The notes under the pieces: generated by a model
The model's database searches: none
What the model saw: the letters and a program-made list of their open reading frames with translations, nothing else
Told to the model about the DNA's origin: nothing
Shown here: positions 1 to 12,414 of the stretch, piece after piece
Layout: each line of letters starts with the position of its first letter
How positions within the stretch are numbered: position 1 is the stretch's first letter
Made by a program: the position numbers and the translations under genes
DNA from: Lama guanicoe
Lineage: Eukaryota
Assembly (NCBI GenBank): GCA_013239625.1
Contig: MU054338.1
Location: 6,922,724 to 6,986,723, forward strand
Direction of reading: 5' to 3'
Length of the DNA: 64,000 nt

Positions 1-462
1 GGATATTTTAGTGGGAAGAGATCAGTAACAAACACACTAAGGAGAAATTATCACTCGGTAAGAGCGCCGTGCAGAGTTGAACGAAGGTGAGCGATGTGGT
101 GAAGGTGGGGCTAATCTGGATTCAGGAGAAAATCCCCACCTGCTCAGTAGGGATTTTCAGGTAGGAACATTCTCTTGGAAGGGTCTTTGGGAAGGGAGAT
201 GATGACAGACTGTCACTCATTCATTCATTCATTCATTCACTCCACAAACTCTGATGGAGTGCCTGGAGTCTCAGGCACTGTTGAAGGTGCTGAGACACAA
301 CTATGAATAGGATGAGTCTGCCTCGGTCTTGTGATGTGTCTATTAAATGGAGACACAACAAACATGTAAGCAAATACATAAACAAATTGGTTTTTGATAG
401 ATATAGGGAACCTCATTTTGTCTGGACACTGGGGTAGGCTCTTGGGGGAGGTGACTTCCTTC

Positions 463-727
463 CCAGCTTTACTGAGATATAACTGACATATAACATTGTG
501 TACATTTAAGATGTACAACAAGATGATTTGATACATGTATGCATCGTGAAATGATCACCACGATAGGGTTAGTTAATACCTCCATCACCTCACATAATTA
601 CCATTTGTGTGTATGAGGTGAGAGCATTTAAGAACCACTCTCTTAACAACTTTCAAGTGTGTAATACTGTGTTGTTAACTGTGGTCACCACGCTGTACAT
701 TCGAGCCCCAGAACTTATTCTCTTATA
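463..727 (-). mobile_element. L1 3' end (L1MA-like)
   Basis: ctttactgagatataactgacatataacattgtg...ccagaacttatt, typical antisense L1 3'UTR. Confidence 0.75.
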
Positions 728-2659
728 TTTAGAAGTTTGAGGAAGTGACGCCTGACAGATGAGAAAGAATCAGCCATGGAAAAAAACAGGGAGAAAAGCA
801 TTTTGGGAGAGGGAACGACAGGGCAAATGCTCTGACATGGAAACAAGCTTCATGCCTTCTGGAAAGAGGGCCAGGGTGGCTTGAGAGGAGGAGAGGTAAG
901 GTCGTGCAGGTGGGCAGGGGACACTGCATGCAGAGCCTCACAGGCCAAAGTGAGTTGTTGGGTTTTACTCTCAATGCAGTGAGAAGCTGCTGGACAGGTT
1001 GCAGCAGAGAGGAGAGCCGTGATCTTATTTGCATTGTTTAAAGCTCCTTCTAACCTCTGTGATGGGGAACGGATTCCAGAGAGTAAGTGTGGAAGCAGGG
1101 AGATCAGGGAGGAGGTGACTGCAATAGTCCAAGCAAAAGCCAGTGGTGGCCGGGCCGGGATAGAAGCATCTGGAGTGGTGGGTGGTGGGCAGATTTGGCA
1201 CATGTCTTAGAAGGAGACCCATCCAGACTTACTGATGGATCAGATATCAAGGGTGAGAGAAACGGGGTGGTGTTTGAAGAGAAGCATGAGACCGAGGGAG
1301 CATTTCTAAAAGATGAGGGGGACCAGAGCATACCGGTATCAGCCTCTTAGTAGCCAGTAAGATATAATGGCCTCAACCCCCTTCTAAGCTCCACAGAAGG
1401 CCATTTATTCCCCAAGATTCCCCCTACCCCACTCCCTGGGGGCCCTGTATTCTCTTGGTCATCCCTGCCTCCGACTTCCTGATTCTACCAAATTATTACC
1501 TCCACTTGGTGTCTTGGGCCTTTTGGTCTCTGCTCCGACATTTACCTGGACTGAAAACTCAGTCCTTAGGTCATGGAGAGCCTCAACTGCCAGGGAAAGT
1601 CACTCAAACTTCATCCTGAAGGCAGTGGGGACATTTATCCATCCATGAATGTATTCAACAAGTATTTCTGAAGACCTACTATGTGTCCTCCACAGAAGAC
1701 AAGATGGTGATCCAAGCAGATGGGTGATGGAGCCTCCTTCAAAATGAGACAGGGGATAATCAAATATTCAGGAATACAGATAAATGGCAGTTGTGATAAC
1801 AGTTGAGGAGAAGATTCTTGGTGTTGCAGGAGCCTCTAATAAGGGGATTTGATCTAATTTGGAAGGTCAGAGGAAGTAAGAGCTGAGACCTGAAGCAGAG
1901 AGCAAGGGGTATTCCAGGCAGTGAGAACTGCTTATGCAAAGGCTCTGGGGTGAGGGCAAGTATAGACAGTATGACAGACCAAAGAAGGCCTTGGAGGGGA
2001 AAGGCAGTGTAGGATGAAAGCAAACTGTGAATAAAAGGCAGACCTGCAGCGCCTTGTGGCTGTGTTAAGTAGTTTTATCTGTATCCTGAGAATAAAAGAA
2101 ATCTACTGGTGAGGTTTTGGTTGGAAGGATGATATGATCAGATGTGCACTGTAAAAGTTCTCTGAGGCTCCCATGTGAGGAGTGGACAGGTAAGAGAAAT
2201 GGTAGGTCAAGACAGACCAGATAGATTTCTGAATTGTGAGGGTGGCTTGGATCACTGAGTGGGGATAGAGAATGGAGAACCATGCATAAATTGTAACAAT
2301 ATCTGGGAGGTGAAGTCAACCAGACTTAGTGATGGAGTGGAAATGGGGGTGAGGATAATGCCTGAGCATCTGAACCACTAAGCTGGGAGACTGGAGATAG
2401 TGACACAGGGACTACTGGATGAGAACTAGGTTCAAGAGAGAAGATCTTGCATTTCACTTTGAGCATTTTAGGATTGAGGTGCTTTTGAGATATCCAGGAG
2501 TTGGGGGTGAGGGTGGAATCAAAGAGTCAGATATATATATATATGGGCTTGGAGTTCTGAGGACATACATACATGCAGGTCATGATAGGACATTTGATAA
2601 GAGTAAGTACCCTTAGAGAAAAGTTGAAGTAAAGAGAGAGCCCAAGGCTGAGTCTAGAA

Positions 2660-2854
2660 CAGTGGTTCTCAACCAGAAGATGATTTTGCACCCAGGGGAC
2701 ATTTGGAAATGTCTGGAGACATTCTGTTGTCACAACTGGGAGGGGATTCTCTTGGCACCTAGTGGGTAGAAGCCAAAAATGCTGTTGAACATCCTACAAT
2801 GCGCACATTGTTATCTGACCAAAATATCAATTGTACTCATTTTGAGCTACCCTG
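2660..2854. mobile_element. MER20-like hAT-Charlie MITE
   Basis: cagtggttctcaacc...ggggacatttggaaatgtctggagacatt...ccctg termini. Confidence 0.75.
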
Positions 2855-4029
2855 ATATAGAGTAACAGTTAATGGTCAGGTGGAGGAAGATGAGTCTGCA
2901 ATGGAGATGCATTGAGGTAGGAAGGAACCAGGCAAGCATGTGTGATGGCAGCCAAGGGGAGGAGATACATCAAGAAAGAGAAGTCAACAGAATCCAGTCC
3001 TGCTGAGACATCAAGATAGATGGCGGGCTGAAAGACATCCAATGGATTTAGAATCAAGGAGGCCATTGGTGGACTTTGCAAGAGCTGTGTTGGGGGTATG
3101 ATGGGGTCAGAAACCAGATAGAAGCGGTGATGGGGTGAGTTCAAGAAGTGAGGAAATGGAGGCAGTCAGTGTAGGCAACTAAGAAGAGGAAAGAAGTAAG
3201 AGACAGATGGGAGGAGGAGTCACGTAAGGCATTTTGTTTTTTAATAGGAGAGAATTGAGTTTATTTAAAAACCAATGAGAACATCCTGCTTGAGAGGGAG
3301 AGGCTGCATATGTCAGATGAAGACATGCAATGTGATAGGTAGATAAATACAGACAAAAGACAGATAAATACAATAGATTGTGTAAGAAAGCAGAAGAGGA
3401 CCAAAGCAAGAAGAGCCGCATGACCCTTAAGAGGAAGGAGGATGGGGCAAATGCTTGTAAACTATGTAAAGGGAGGAGAGGGGTCCCATTTGATGGCTGT
3501 TATTTTTCTCCGCAAGGGCAGGGAAGGTTGGAGGAGAATGGAGACTGTTTTGAATTTTCTGGTTTAGCTCACATTGCCCTGTGACAGTGCACAGACCTTC
3601 TCCATGGTAGACTCCCATGAAGAAAGCCCTCTGAAAATTCCCCTACTGAGCTCCTGGCCTGCGGTTCAGCATCTGAGCCCAGAGCAAGCTCTGATGGGGG
3701 GAGTGTCCAACTCCAGTATTTATGAGGCGAGACTCATGATGGGTTCTTGTAAAGTCCCCAACTCTTGAAGATTAATGCTGTTTGTAATCATATATCAAGA
3801 AAGCCTTGTAATAGTCCTTGAAAAAGACCCATAAAATCCACTTTAGTGAATTTTAAAGGCATTGGAAAAATAAAATCCCCCTACACTCTTTAATCCTGGG
3901 ACACACCAATCATTTGCAGCAGACGTTCATTCAAGAGGTCTGGGCCCTTGTGGGGAAAGTGCTCCACCAGCGGGGAGATGCCCAGGGAGAGAAAACTTCA
4001 GCCATGGATTTCCCACTGATTGTGAAGGC

Positions 4030-4446
4030 TGAGCTAGGACAAGGTGTGATCAGATACTGAGACAGACCTGAGGGAAGCTGGGTTCTGAGATAGACGAGGC
4101 TCAGCTCAAGTCCTGAGACTGGGGATTAATTCAAGTCCTGGGACAGAACAGAGATTACACCTCTGAGGCCTTAAGATACTCCATGGTTGACTCTGAGACA
4201 GACTAGGGTCCAATCTAAGCCCTGGATAGACAAAGACTGAACTTGGGTCTAGAGAGGGACCAAAAAGAAACCTGGTCTTTGGAGACCTAGAAGACCAGGA
4301 ATGAATCCAAGTCCTGGGCAAATCAGTGCTGCAATATGAGCTTGAGCTAGTCAAGACCAAACCCAGGTCCTGGGATTAACCAGAGTTGAACCTGAGTCCT
4401 GAGATCAACCAGGGCTGAACCCATATCCTGAGAGAGACCAGAGCAG
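4030..4446. repeat. Degenerate minisatellite, about 29-bp period
   Basis: Units aacccaggtcctgggattaaccagagttg / aacctgagtcctgagatcaaccagggctg / aacccatatcctgagagagaccagagcag at 4360-4446, decaying leftwards. Confidence 0.65.
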
Positions 4447-6933
4447 AGTTTATGAGGATAGAAACAAAAAAATGGGCTTTTCCTGCGGAAGTTGGGGAGA
4501 GCAGGCTTGCCCCACAGGGATCTCCCTACGTGTTGAGCCATTTTGCTGAAACTGTTGAGTATCTCTTCAATTAATGTCAATTGTAAATGACATGGCATGT
4601 CCTAGGACTAATAAGGGGAAGTAAATTTTGTTTTCTAATGCCAGGTCATCCTCAGACCCAAATTTGAGCCAGCTCAGGCCCATGGGGCTGGACCCATGCT
4701 GGGCAGAGCTGACAGCTTGGGAATGCCCTGGGTGGCCATGCCTCCCTCCATGTTGACTGTGACCATTCTGATGCAGACAAGAGTGATGCCTACACTTCAC
4801 ACAGGCTCATCACACACAGGAGCTCATGCATTCACACCACAGCAGATACATATACATGGTACCCAAACCCACTCTTGTGCCTCAAACACACAGCAACACT
4901 CTTTGTGCAGACATGATATTGACACAGCAGCCCCACATAAATCCTCGCACACACATGCACAGACCACATAATGGTCCCATAAATACACTGCCAGCCAGCC
5001 AAGGCAGTGCATTCAGACGTAGCCTTCCACACTGTGACACTTTCACATTTACAACAGTGGCATGACTCTAGGGGACATGGTGTTCTCTGAGAACAGTGCC
5101 TCCTGGAGTTGTGCAGTGCAGTGCCTTACCATTTACATTCACATCTTCTTACCCACATGCACAGTCTTGTATCCTCTTACTCAGTCCCTGTTTTATACAC
5201 ACATGTGTGTAATTTCACACACTTGCTGATGCTCTCACACTTAGGTCTACACATGGCTACACACATGTGTTCTTGGCCACACGGACACAGAAGTGCCACT
5301 CATTCATCTCACACACTCACAGGTTCTGTGCTAGTCAGTGTAGGTGAGGCTGTGCTGCATAACACACAGTCCCAAAATCTCAACCAAATCAACTCATGCT
5401 ACATGTGAATTGGCAGGGGTCTCTGCCTAGTGTGGCCAGCTGCTGGAGGTTCCTCGTCAACAGGCACTTCCACAATTGCTGAGGCAAGAATGTGGCAAAT
5501 CACACACTGGCTGGTAAAACTTTCACTCCCACTCCCACTCCCACAGTATTGGCTAAAGGAAGTCCCAGGGTCATGCTGGGGAAGCAGTCCTACCATGTGC
5601 CCAAGAGAGAACTGGAAAATTTGTGACCAGTTCTATCACCACCACAGCCTCTTATGCATTCAAAGAATTAGACACTCACATATGCAGGTCTGAGCATGCA
5701 CACTTTACTTCTTCCTGCGTGGACTAGTCTTTGGGACCTGTTCCCCTCCATGGGACTAAGCAGGAGGCCACACCAGCCCTCCCCACGGTTTGCCTCCAGA
5801 GCTCCTTTGTCTCAGGGCACATCTCAGGGGTCTCCTGCTCTCTCCTGACCTGGGGGTCCCAGGGTGACAAGTTTCCAAGCCAGAGCTAGAGTCAGAGCTG
5901 AGAAAACAGCGCAGACACCTCCTCTGCCCCCAGAGTGGGCGGTATTTTTCCACAGACACGGGGGAAGAATAGTAATAGGCGTTGGGAGATCTCCGTGTTG
6001 GCCGAAAACCCTCCCCATCTTGCCAGCTGCAGCTTGGAAGAGGAGCCTGAGAGGAGAAGGCAACTCCAGAGAGACACGCCCCACTCCTCCTCTGACTACT
6101 TAAATATTCCAAGGCTGGAAACTCATGAATATTTATAGGGACCTGGCAGTGAGGGAGATAAAAAAAAAACATTCGGAATTTATGAACCGGGATCCGTCTA
6201 TAAATAACAGGCCTGTGGCTGGCGGGGTTCTTCCCTCACCCACCACATTACTTCAACTTCAGCTCCAGCCCATCCAAGCCTCCCAGAGATGCCTCTCCCC
6301 ACTTCACACACACAACTTGGCCGTGAATGCATGAATCCCCCATCCTCCTGTGCACTGTCACACACACGTGCACACATACACATGCATTCCCACACAGCTG
6401 AGAACACAGACTCATGTCCACACCTGCCTGGGGTCTGACCCACTGCCTCCCTTCCCCACACAGACACTCACGTGCAAAATCAGCCTGAACACATCCAGGC
6501 AGGTTTCTCCCGTGTCCACATTCAGGCAGATACAGGCATTCAGGCTCAGGCCGGCGCACACGATGCACAGTTGCACACAGTCACATCCCCTCAAAGAGAT
6601 GCCTGTGGACCGCTCCCTGATCCATGACCCAAGCATGTCATGTCACCTCTGAGGGCCTCGGTGTCCTCATCTGGGCAGGAGGATGTGAGAGTTCCTGCCT
6701 CCTAGGGCGTTGTGCAAATTAAAATATAATAATAATAACAAATGCATACCTGTTGTGTACAAGATACAATTCTAGGTCCTGGTGAAACAGCAGTGAACAA
6801 AAATAAGTAAAGACCCCTAATCTGACATTCTGGAAGGGAAGAAAGATAACATGGCAAATTAATGCATAAATGATGTAGTGTGTTGGAAGCTGATAAAGCA
6901 GAGACAAGGATGGGCGGTGCTGAGACGCTCGGA

Positions 6934-7032
6934 GTTTTTTGGTTTTTGCTTTTAATGGAGGTACTGGGGATTGAACCCAGGACCTCATGCATGCTAAGCA
7001 TGTGCTCTACCACTGAGCTATACCCACTGCCC
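6934..7032 (-). mobile_element. tRNA-Ala-derived SINE (camelid Vic-1-like)
   Basis: Reverse complement of gggtatagctcagtggtagagcacatgcttagcatgcatgaggtcctgggttcaatccccagtacctcca plus A-rich tail. Confidence 0.85.
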
Positions 7033-7189
7033 ACCCAGCCCCCCTGTCACAGTTCTGATGAGGGTGGGGTGGAGGGAGTGTCAAGGAAAACCTCTTGAAA
7101 TAATGACATTAATTAAAGATGGTGGGCAGGACATTCCAAGCAGGGGGAATAGTGGATGCAAAGACCTGATATAGAAAAAGTATGCTCCA

Positions 7190-7340
7190 AGGGGGGAGAG
7201 TATAGCCAAGTACTAGAGTGTGTACTTAGCATGCACGAGGTCCTGGGTTCAATCCCCAGTACCCCTCCAAAAATAAATAAATAAATAAATCTAATTACCT
7301 CCTCTCCCCACTTCCAAAAAAAGAAAGAAAGAAAGAAAGA
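7190..7340 (+). mobile_element. tRNA-Ala-derived SINE (Vic-1-like, long-tail form)
   Basis: A/B boxes, (AAAT)n, ctaattacctcc segment, (GAAA)n tail. Confidence 0.85.
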
Positions 7341-10013
7341 GAGCATACTCAGGGTGCTGTAGGAATGGTGAGGAGGCCTGTGTAGTTGGAGATGAGTGAG
7401 TGAGGAGGGGCATGGAGGAGGCGAGGGCAGGGAGGTGACTGGGGCAGATTGTGCAGAGCCTTGTGGACAGTGGAGAGGACTTGGGTTTTTCCAAGTAGGG
7501 TGGGAGCCATAGAAGGTTCTGAGCAAAAGACTATGATCTGACTCATGCTCACAAGGTGCCCCCTGGCTGCTGCGGGGGGAACACACTGTGGGAGGCAAGG
7601 GTGGGGTCCAGGGGACCAGGGCAGAGGTGACTGCACCAGGGAGATGGCCATCAAGAGGGGAGAAGTGTGTAGATTCCAATGAGGTAGAAGAAAGAGACAG
7701 TTAAAGCTGTCTTTAAATGAATTCATTGAAAGGATTCATTCTTTAGTTCCAGGAATATTTATTGAGCACCTACTGTGTGCCAGACACTGTTCTGGCTTGA
7801 GGACACAGCAATGAACAAAGCAATAAACATCCCAATAAACATCCCTTGGATGCTGCCCTTGGAGTGATGACAGTATCATGGGGGAGGCAGACAAGAAACA
7901 AGATAAATTTTAATGTAGGGTCAAGGGGTGGTACGTTTTATGCAAAAAAATGCAGCAGAGCGAGCCTTGGAGAGTGATGGGGGCTGCACATTGTAGACTG
8001 GGCAGACTGGGCAGGATTGAGGATGCGTTTTGAAGCGAGAGCTGTTCTCAGGATTGGCTGATGGATTGCATTTGTAGGTGGAAATGACAGAACTTGGTGC
8101 CTGGGTGTGAAGATGAGCTTTGAAGGGACTCCCACATAAGTACCCTCTCATGTGGAATATTCATTGTTCCCCCTGCCTTAGGTTGGGTTTCTGAGAAGCA
8201 GAACCCAAGACAAGGATTTGGAGCACATGACGCATTGTGAGTTGAGTGTAAGGGAAGTGGGACTATGGAAAGGGACTCCGGTAAATTCCAGGCTTGGCCT
8301 GACCCACAGGGGTCGGGTGGGGAGTCTGAGATGTAAATGGCACTGCAGAGGGGTGGGCTTTTGGACCCCTGCATCAATTAATCACTGGCTTCTCCCAGGG
8401 GTGGGGGATGTCTCCAAGGCATCTCCAGGATGTGGTAGCATTGAAAAGCCAAAGGCAGGTCTCCAGAGAAAGTCACCAGTGCTAGCTGTGAGCCTCCACT
8501 CTCAGCAGCTGCGGGGTGGGTGCTCATCCATGAGGCTATCTGGGCAGAGCCCCAAGAGCATCTCCTACACCCCCAGGCTCCAACAAAGAGGGTCATGGGA
8601 GCACTGGGCATTTATGCCAATCACAGCGCAGATGTCTGACACCAGAACCTGTTCTCAGCTCTTTTGGAATGGAAATCAGGCCAACTTGGCACTGGGGTTC
8701 CCATGACACAGCTGAGATCCTTTCCAGATTCATTAACTGCTAGAGACTCAGCCTTCCACTTCCCAGGCTTGCCTGGGAATTGCAAAAGGGAGCTGTGAGG
8801 GAGAGATGCAGTCCTCCAAACAGGTCTGAGTAGCTCATTTCATTCTCCCATAGTCCTAGAGGAAGGCACTGCCATCATGCCCGTTGTGTAGATGTGGAAA
8901 CAGATGTACAGAGAAGTGAAATCACTTGCCAAGGTCACACAGCTAGAAACTGGAGGAGTCAGGATTTGAACTCAAGTCATTAGGCTAAGGGGTCTAGGCT
9001 AGACCCCATGACCCCTTCAAAGCTCAAAGCCCCTGGATCCACCCAAGAGTGGAAGGGGAGAAGGGAGGAGAGCCCAAGAGAACAGAGCAGAGGGTGTGTG
9101 GAAAGTGGGGGAGAAAGAGGGCATCTGGAGGACTCGCGTGTGCAGTGCACAGTCATTCATTTGTTCATTTGTTCGTTTGTTCATTCATTCATTCATGCCT
9201 CAATGATGCCAGACTGCTCTGTCCAGCATGTGCTGGTGTTGGCTAACTCTACCCTTTTGGCACTCACGGCTGGATAGGGCACACAGACACTCACCCAGGC
9301 AAACAAAGTTATCAAATATAAGAATCTTATGAGAGAGAATGGGTAGGGGACTTTGGTGGCACTCACAGAAGGGACCCTGACCTTTCTGCAGAGATAGGGG
9401 AGGCTTTTCAGAGGTGGTTATGTTTACTCTGAGCCCTGAAGGATGCATAGAGTCTGGAAAGTCCTGGGGTAGCTGGCAGGAGGGTGGCAGAGGAGAAACA
9501 CCAGCTTCTGTACAGCCCCACAGAACTGGGTCTGTAGTTCCAGCTCTACCACTTAATCTATAGTGCAAGCAGCTTCACCTCCAGGTTAAAAAACATTGTA
9601 CAAACATTTATTGAGCACCTACTATGTGCCAACTGCTGTTCTAGGCATTGGGAACATGGTAGTGACCAAGATATAAGGTCCTTGTATTCGTACACTTCTC
9701 TCCTAGTGGGTTGTACACTGAACCAACCAACAAATGTATTTAGCATGATTTCTGCCATGTCAAGTGCCAGGCAGGGAAACGGGGACTGAAAAGGTCTCCT
9801 TTAAGTAGGTAACCAGAGAAGGCTTCCCTGAGGAGGTGACTTTTAAATTTAGCTCTTAACTATGGATCAGAAGGATACAGAATTATCACTGTTCCTTCAA
9901 AGACTTACTGTTGTGAGGCATGAACTGGAACAGTTGACTGGAGCAAATGTTCCCTAAGTGTGTAGCTTGATGGTTAAGACAACTTTAGAGAGAGTCACCC
10001 TGGTCTCTGAGTC

Positions 10014-10445
10014 CTGTGGGCTGGTCATTTACCTGGTGTCCCTCGGATCCATTCTTTGCCCTTATCTTGTTCTCATTAACAGAGGGGAGTTGACCTCTGA
10101 AAACTATATCTCCCAGATTCCCTTGCTCACTGGCTTCCTGTTAGATTCGGCCAATGGGAAGCCATGGTGGGAGTTGGAGGCAGGAAGAAGAGAGAAGCCA
10201 GGGGATTTCTCCCCATTTCTTTGCTGCAGGCAGTGGCCTCATTGTCCCCTCCTTGGGTCCAGCTCCAGTAACACCGTTTGCCTTGCGAACCCTGCAGCTT
10301 CTTACAGTTGCTAATCTTTTGATCATTTCACCTTCCCTGCCTCCCTTGTCCAGCCCTTCTGGCTCCTCCACACCACACACCGCATATTAAATTCCCTCCA
10401 TGGAACCATCTAGCATGACTTCTGTTCCCCAACAGACTAACTGCA
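10014..10445 (+). mobile_element. ERVL solo LTR (LTR33-like)
   Basis: ttagattcggccaatgggaagcc...attaaattccctc motifs typical of LTR33. Confidence 0.55.
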
Positions 10446-11314
10446 CATGAGGCTCTGCCACTTGCCTTTCCTCCCTGGCCTTCAGCTTAGCACACCCCCA
10501 ACATCACCCAGCTGTTGTGTGTGATACTCTCGGTAGCTGACCTTCAGTAGCTGGTTTGAAGCTCGGTGTGCCTGGGCATTCATTCACCTCCACTATAGTC
10601 CTAAGAGCTGGGTGATGCTGTTAGCCCTGTTTTACAGGCAGGAAACGGAGGCACAGAGGGCTCCAAGTCGCTTGCCCAAGGTCACACGGCTAGAAGGTGG
10701 CACTAGGAAGTCCCTCACGCACACATCTCTCATGTATAGGGCCTGGCACACGGACAGCACTCGGCAAGGCTGGTGATAATGATCATCATTACATGTGGAG
10801 CTGGTCTCTGGTGAGTGCTGGGGCTGGAGGTAATGCTGAAATTCCACCTTGAATGGATGCGGGAGCCGGCGGCCACAATGCGTGCTGATTGAAGGCCCTT
10901 CTGGGACCTGCCACCTGGCAGAACAGTCCTTGGGCTCCAGCTGGCTCCTGTCCCAGCCCTGGAGGAGAGGGGGCAAAGGGCCTCGCTACGGCAGCTTTGG
11001 CTGGGAGCAGCTGCTCGGTGCTTCGCCAGGATCGATTTCCCTTCAAGTGGCCCATTCTCACTAACAAAGGGCTCTGGTGACCCAGGTGGCTGTCACTGCC
11101 CCCTCCCCTCCAAGCGGAGGATGTGCCTCTCGGCTGGAGCTGTTTTCTTTGAGATTCATTTCTTTGAAGGCTCTGGAAAACTCCAAAGGATGGGCCGAGT
11201 CGGCCCCGCCACGTACTCACCTGGAGCTTGCTGGTGAACTGCTCTGCCTCTCTGTCTTGCCCGGGCCAGTCCACCCCCAGTGGTCTTCCTGACCAGACCT
11301 TTCCTCTGCTCACA

Positions 11315-11810
11315 CATGATTATGGGCTGAACGGTGTCCTCCCCCCACCGCTCCAAATTCATATGTTGACGTCCTCACCCCCGGGACCTCAGAATGTGAC
11401 TGTATTTGGAGGTAGGGTCTTTGGAGAGGTAATTAAGTTAAAGTGAGGTCATTAGGGTGGGCTCTAATCCAATAGGACTAGTATCCGTGTAAGAAGAGAT
11501 GATTGGGGGAGAGAGTATAGCTCAGTTGTAGAGCACATGGGTTCTGGGTTCAATCCCCAGAACCTTCATTAGAAAAAAGGTCCTGGGTTCAATCCCCAGA
11601 ACCTTCATTAGAAAAAAGACCCCCACACTAAACCCTTCTTAAAGAAAAAAGGGAGAGAGATGATTAGGACACGGACACACACGGAGGGATGACCATGTGG
11701 AGACACAGGGAGAAGATGGCTGTCTACCAGCTGAGGAGCGAGGGCTCAGGAGAGACCGACCCCGCTGGCACCCGGCCCTCAGACCTGCAGCCTTCAGCGC
11801 TGTTTCTATT
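11315..11810 (+). mobile_element. MaLR LTR (MLT1B/C-like)
   Basis: tatgggctgaa...cctcagaatgtgactgtatttggag...gaggtcattagggtggg. Confidence 0.75.
11505..11655 (+). mobile_element. Vic-1-like SINE with internal 39-bp duplication, inserted in a MaLR LTR
   Basis: TSD agagatgatt at 11495-11504 and 11656-11665. Confidence 0.85.
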
Positions 11811-12049
11811 GTCTGATACACGCAACACCCTTCCTGGCTTCCCATCATTCAAGACCCTGTGGGACCAGGCACCTGACTGAGGGTCCCACAGGGAAACATG
11901 GCTCCTTCAAAAGGGTTGAGCAAAGAGAATTCAACGAAATGACCATTTTCAGAGGAGTGGGCGGGGCTAAGAGAACAAGCATGTTGCTGCCCTCTCCCCC
12001 CACCCCCTACCTGGCCTCAGAGAGGAGAGGAAGCCCCAGCTGGGGGAGA

Positions 12050-12414
12050 GACTACTGGTTTGCTGGAGCTGCCATAACAAAGTACCACAGATCCGGCAGC
12101 TTAAACAACAGAAATTGAATTTCTCATTATTCCAGAGGATGCTAAGTCCAAGATCAAGGTGTTGGCAGGGCTGGTTCCTTCCGAAGGCCTCTCTCCCTGG
12201 CTTGTGGATGGCTGTCTTCTCACTCTGTGTGTGTCTGTGTCCTGACCTCCTGATAGTGACACCAATCATATTGGATTAGGGCCCACTCTAATGACCTCAT
12301 TTAATTATTCCTTTGAAGAGTTTATCTCCAAATAGGTTATGCTTTGAGGTCCTGGGGGGTGAGGACTTCAAAACACAAATTTGGGGTGGAGGGGGACACA
12401 GCTCAGCCTGTAAC
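12050..12414 (-). mobile_element. MaLR LTR (MLT1-like), inverted relative to the 11315 copy
   Basis: gctgccataacaaagtaccacaga...ggattagggcccactctaatgacctc. Confidence 0.75.

Larger units (their letters stand above)
217..3420 (-). mobile_element. Fragmented LINE-2 sequence, interrupted by L1 and MER20
   Basis: (TCAT)n L2 3' terminus at about 217-240 and again near 1640; purine-rich L2 body on + strand. Confidence 0.6.

Noticed and set aside
4030..4446. CRISPR-like repeat-spacer array
   Set aside because: Units are contiguous and degenerate with no unique spacers; eukaryotic intron with no cas genes.
10741..10761. REST/RE1-like cacggacagcac
   Set aside because: Only the right half-site matches; lies in a decayed L2/MIR-type tail.
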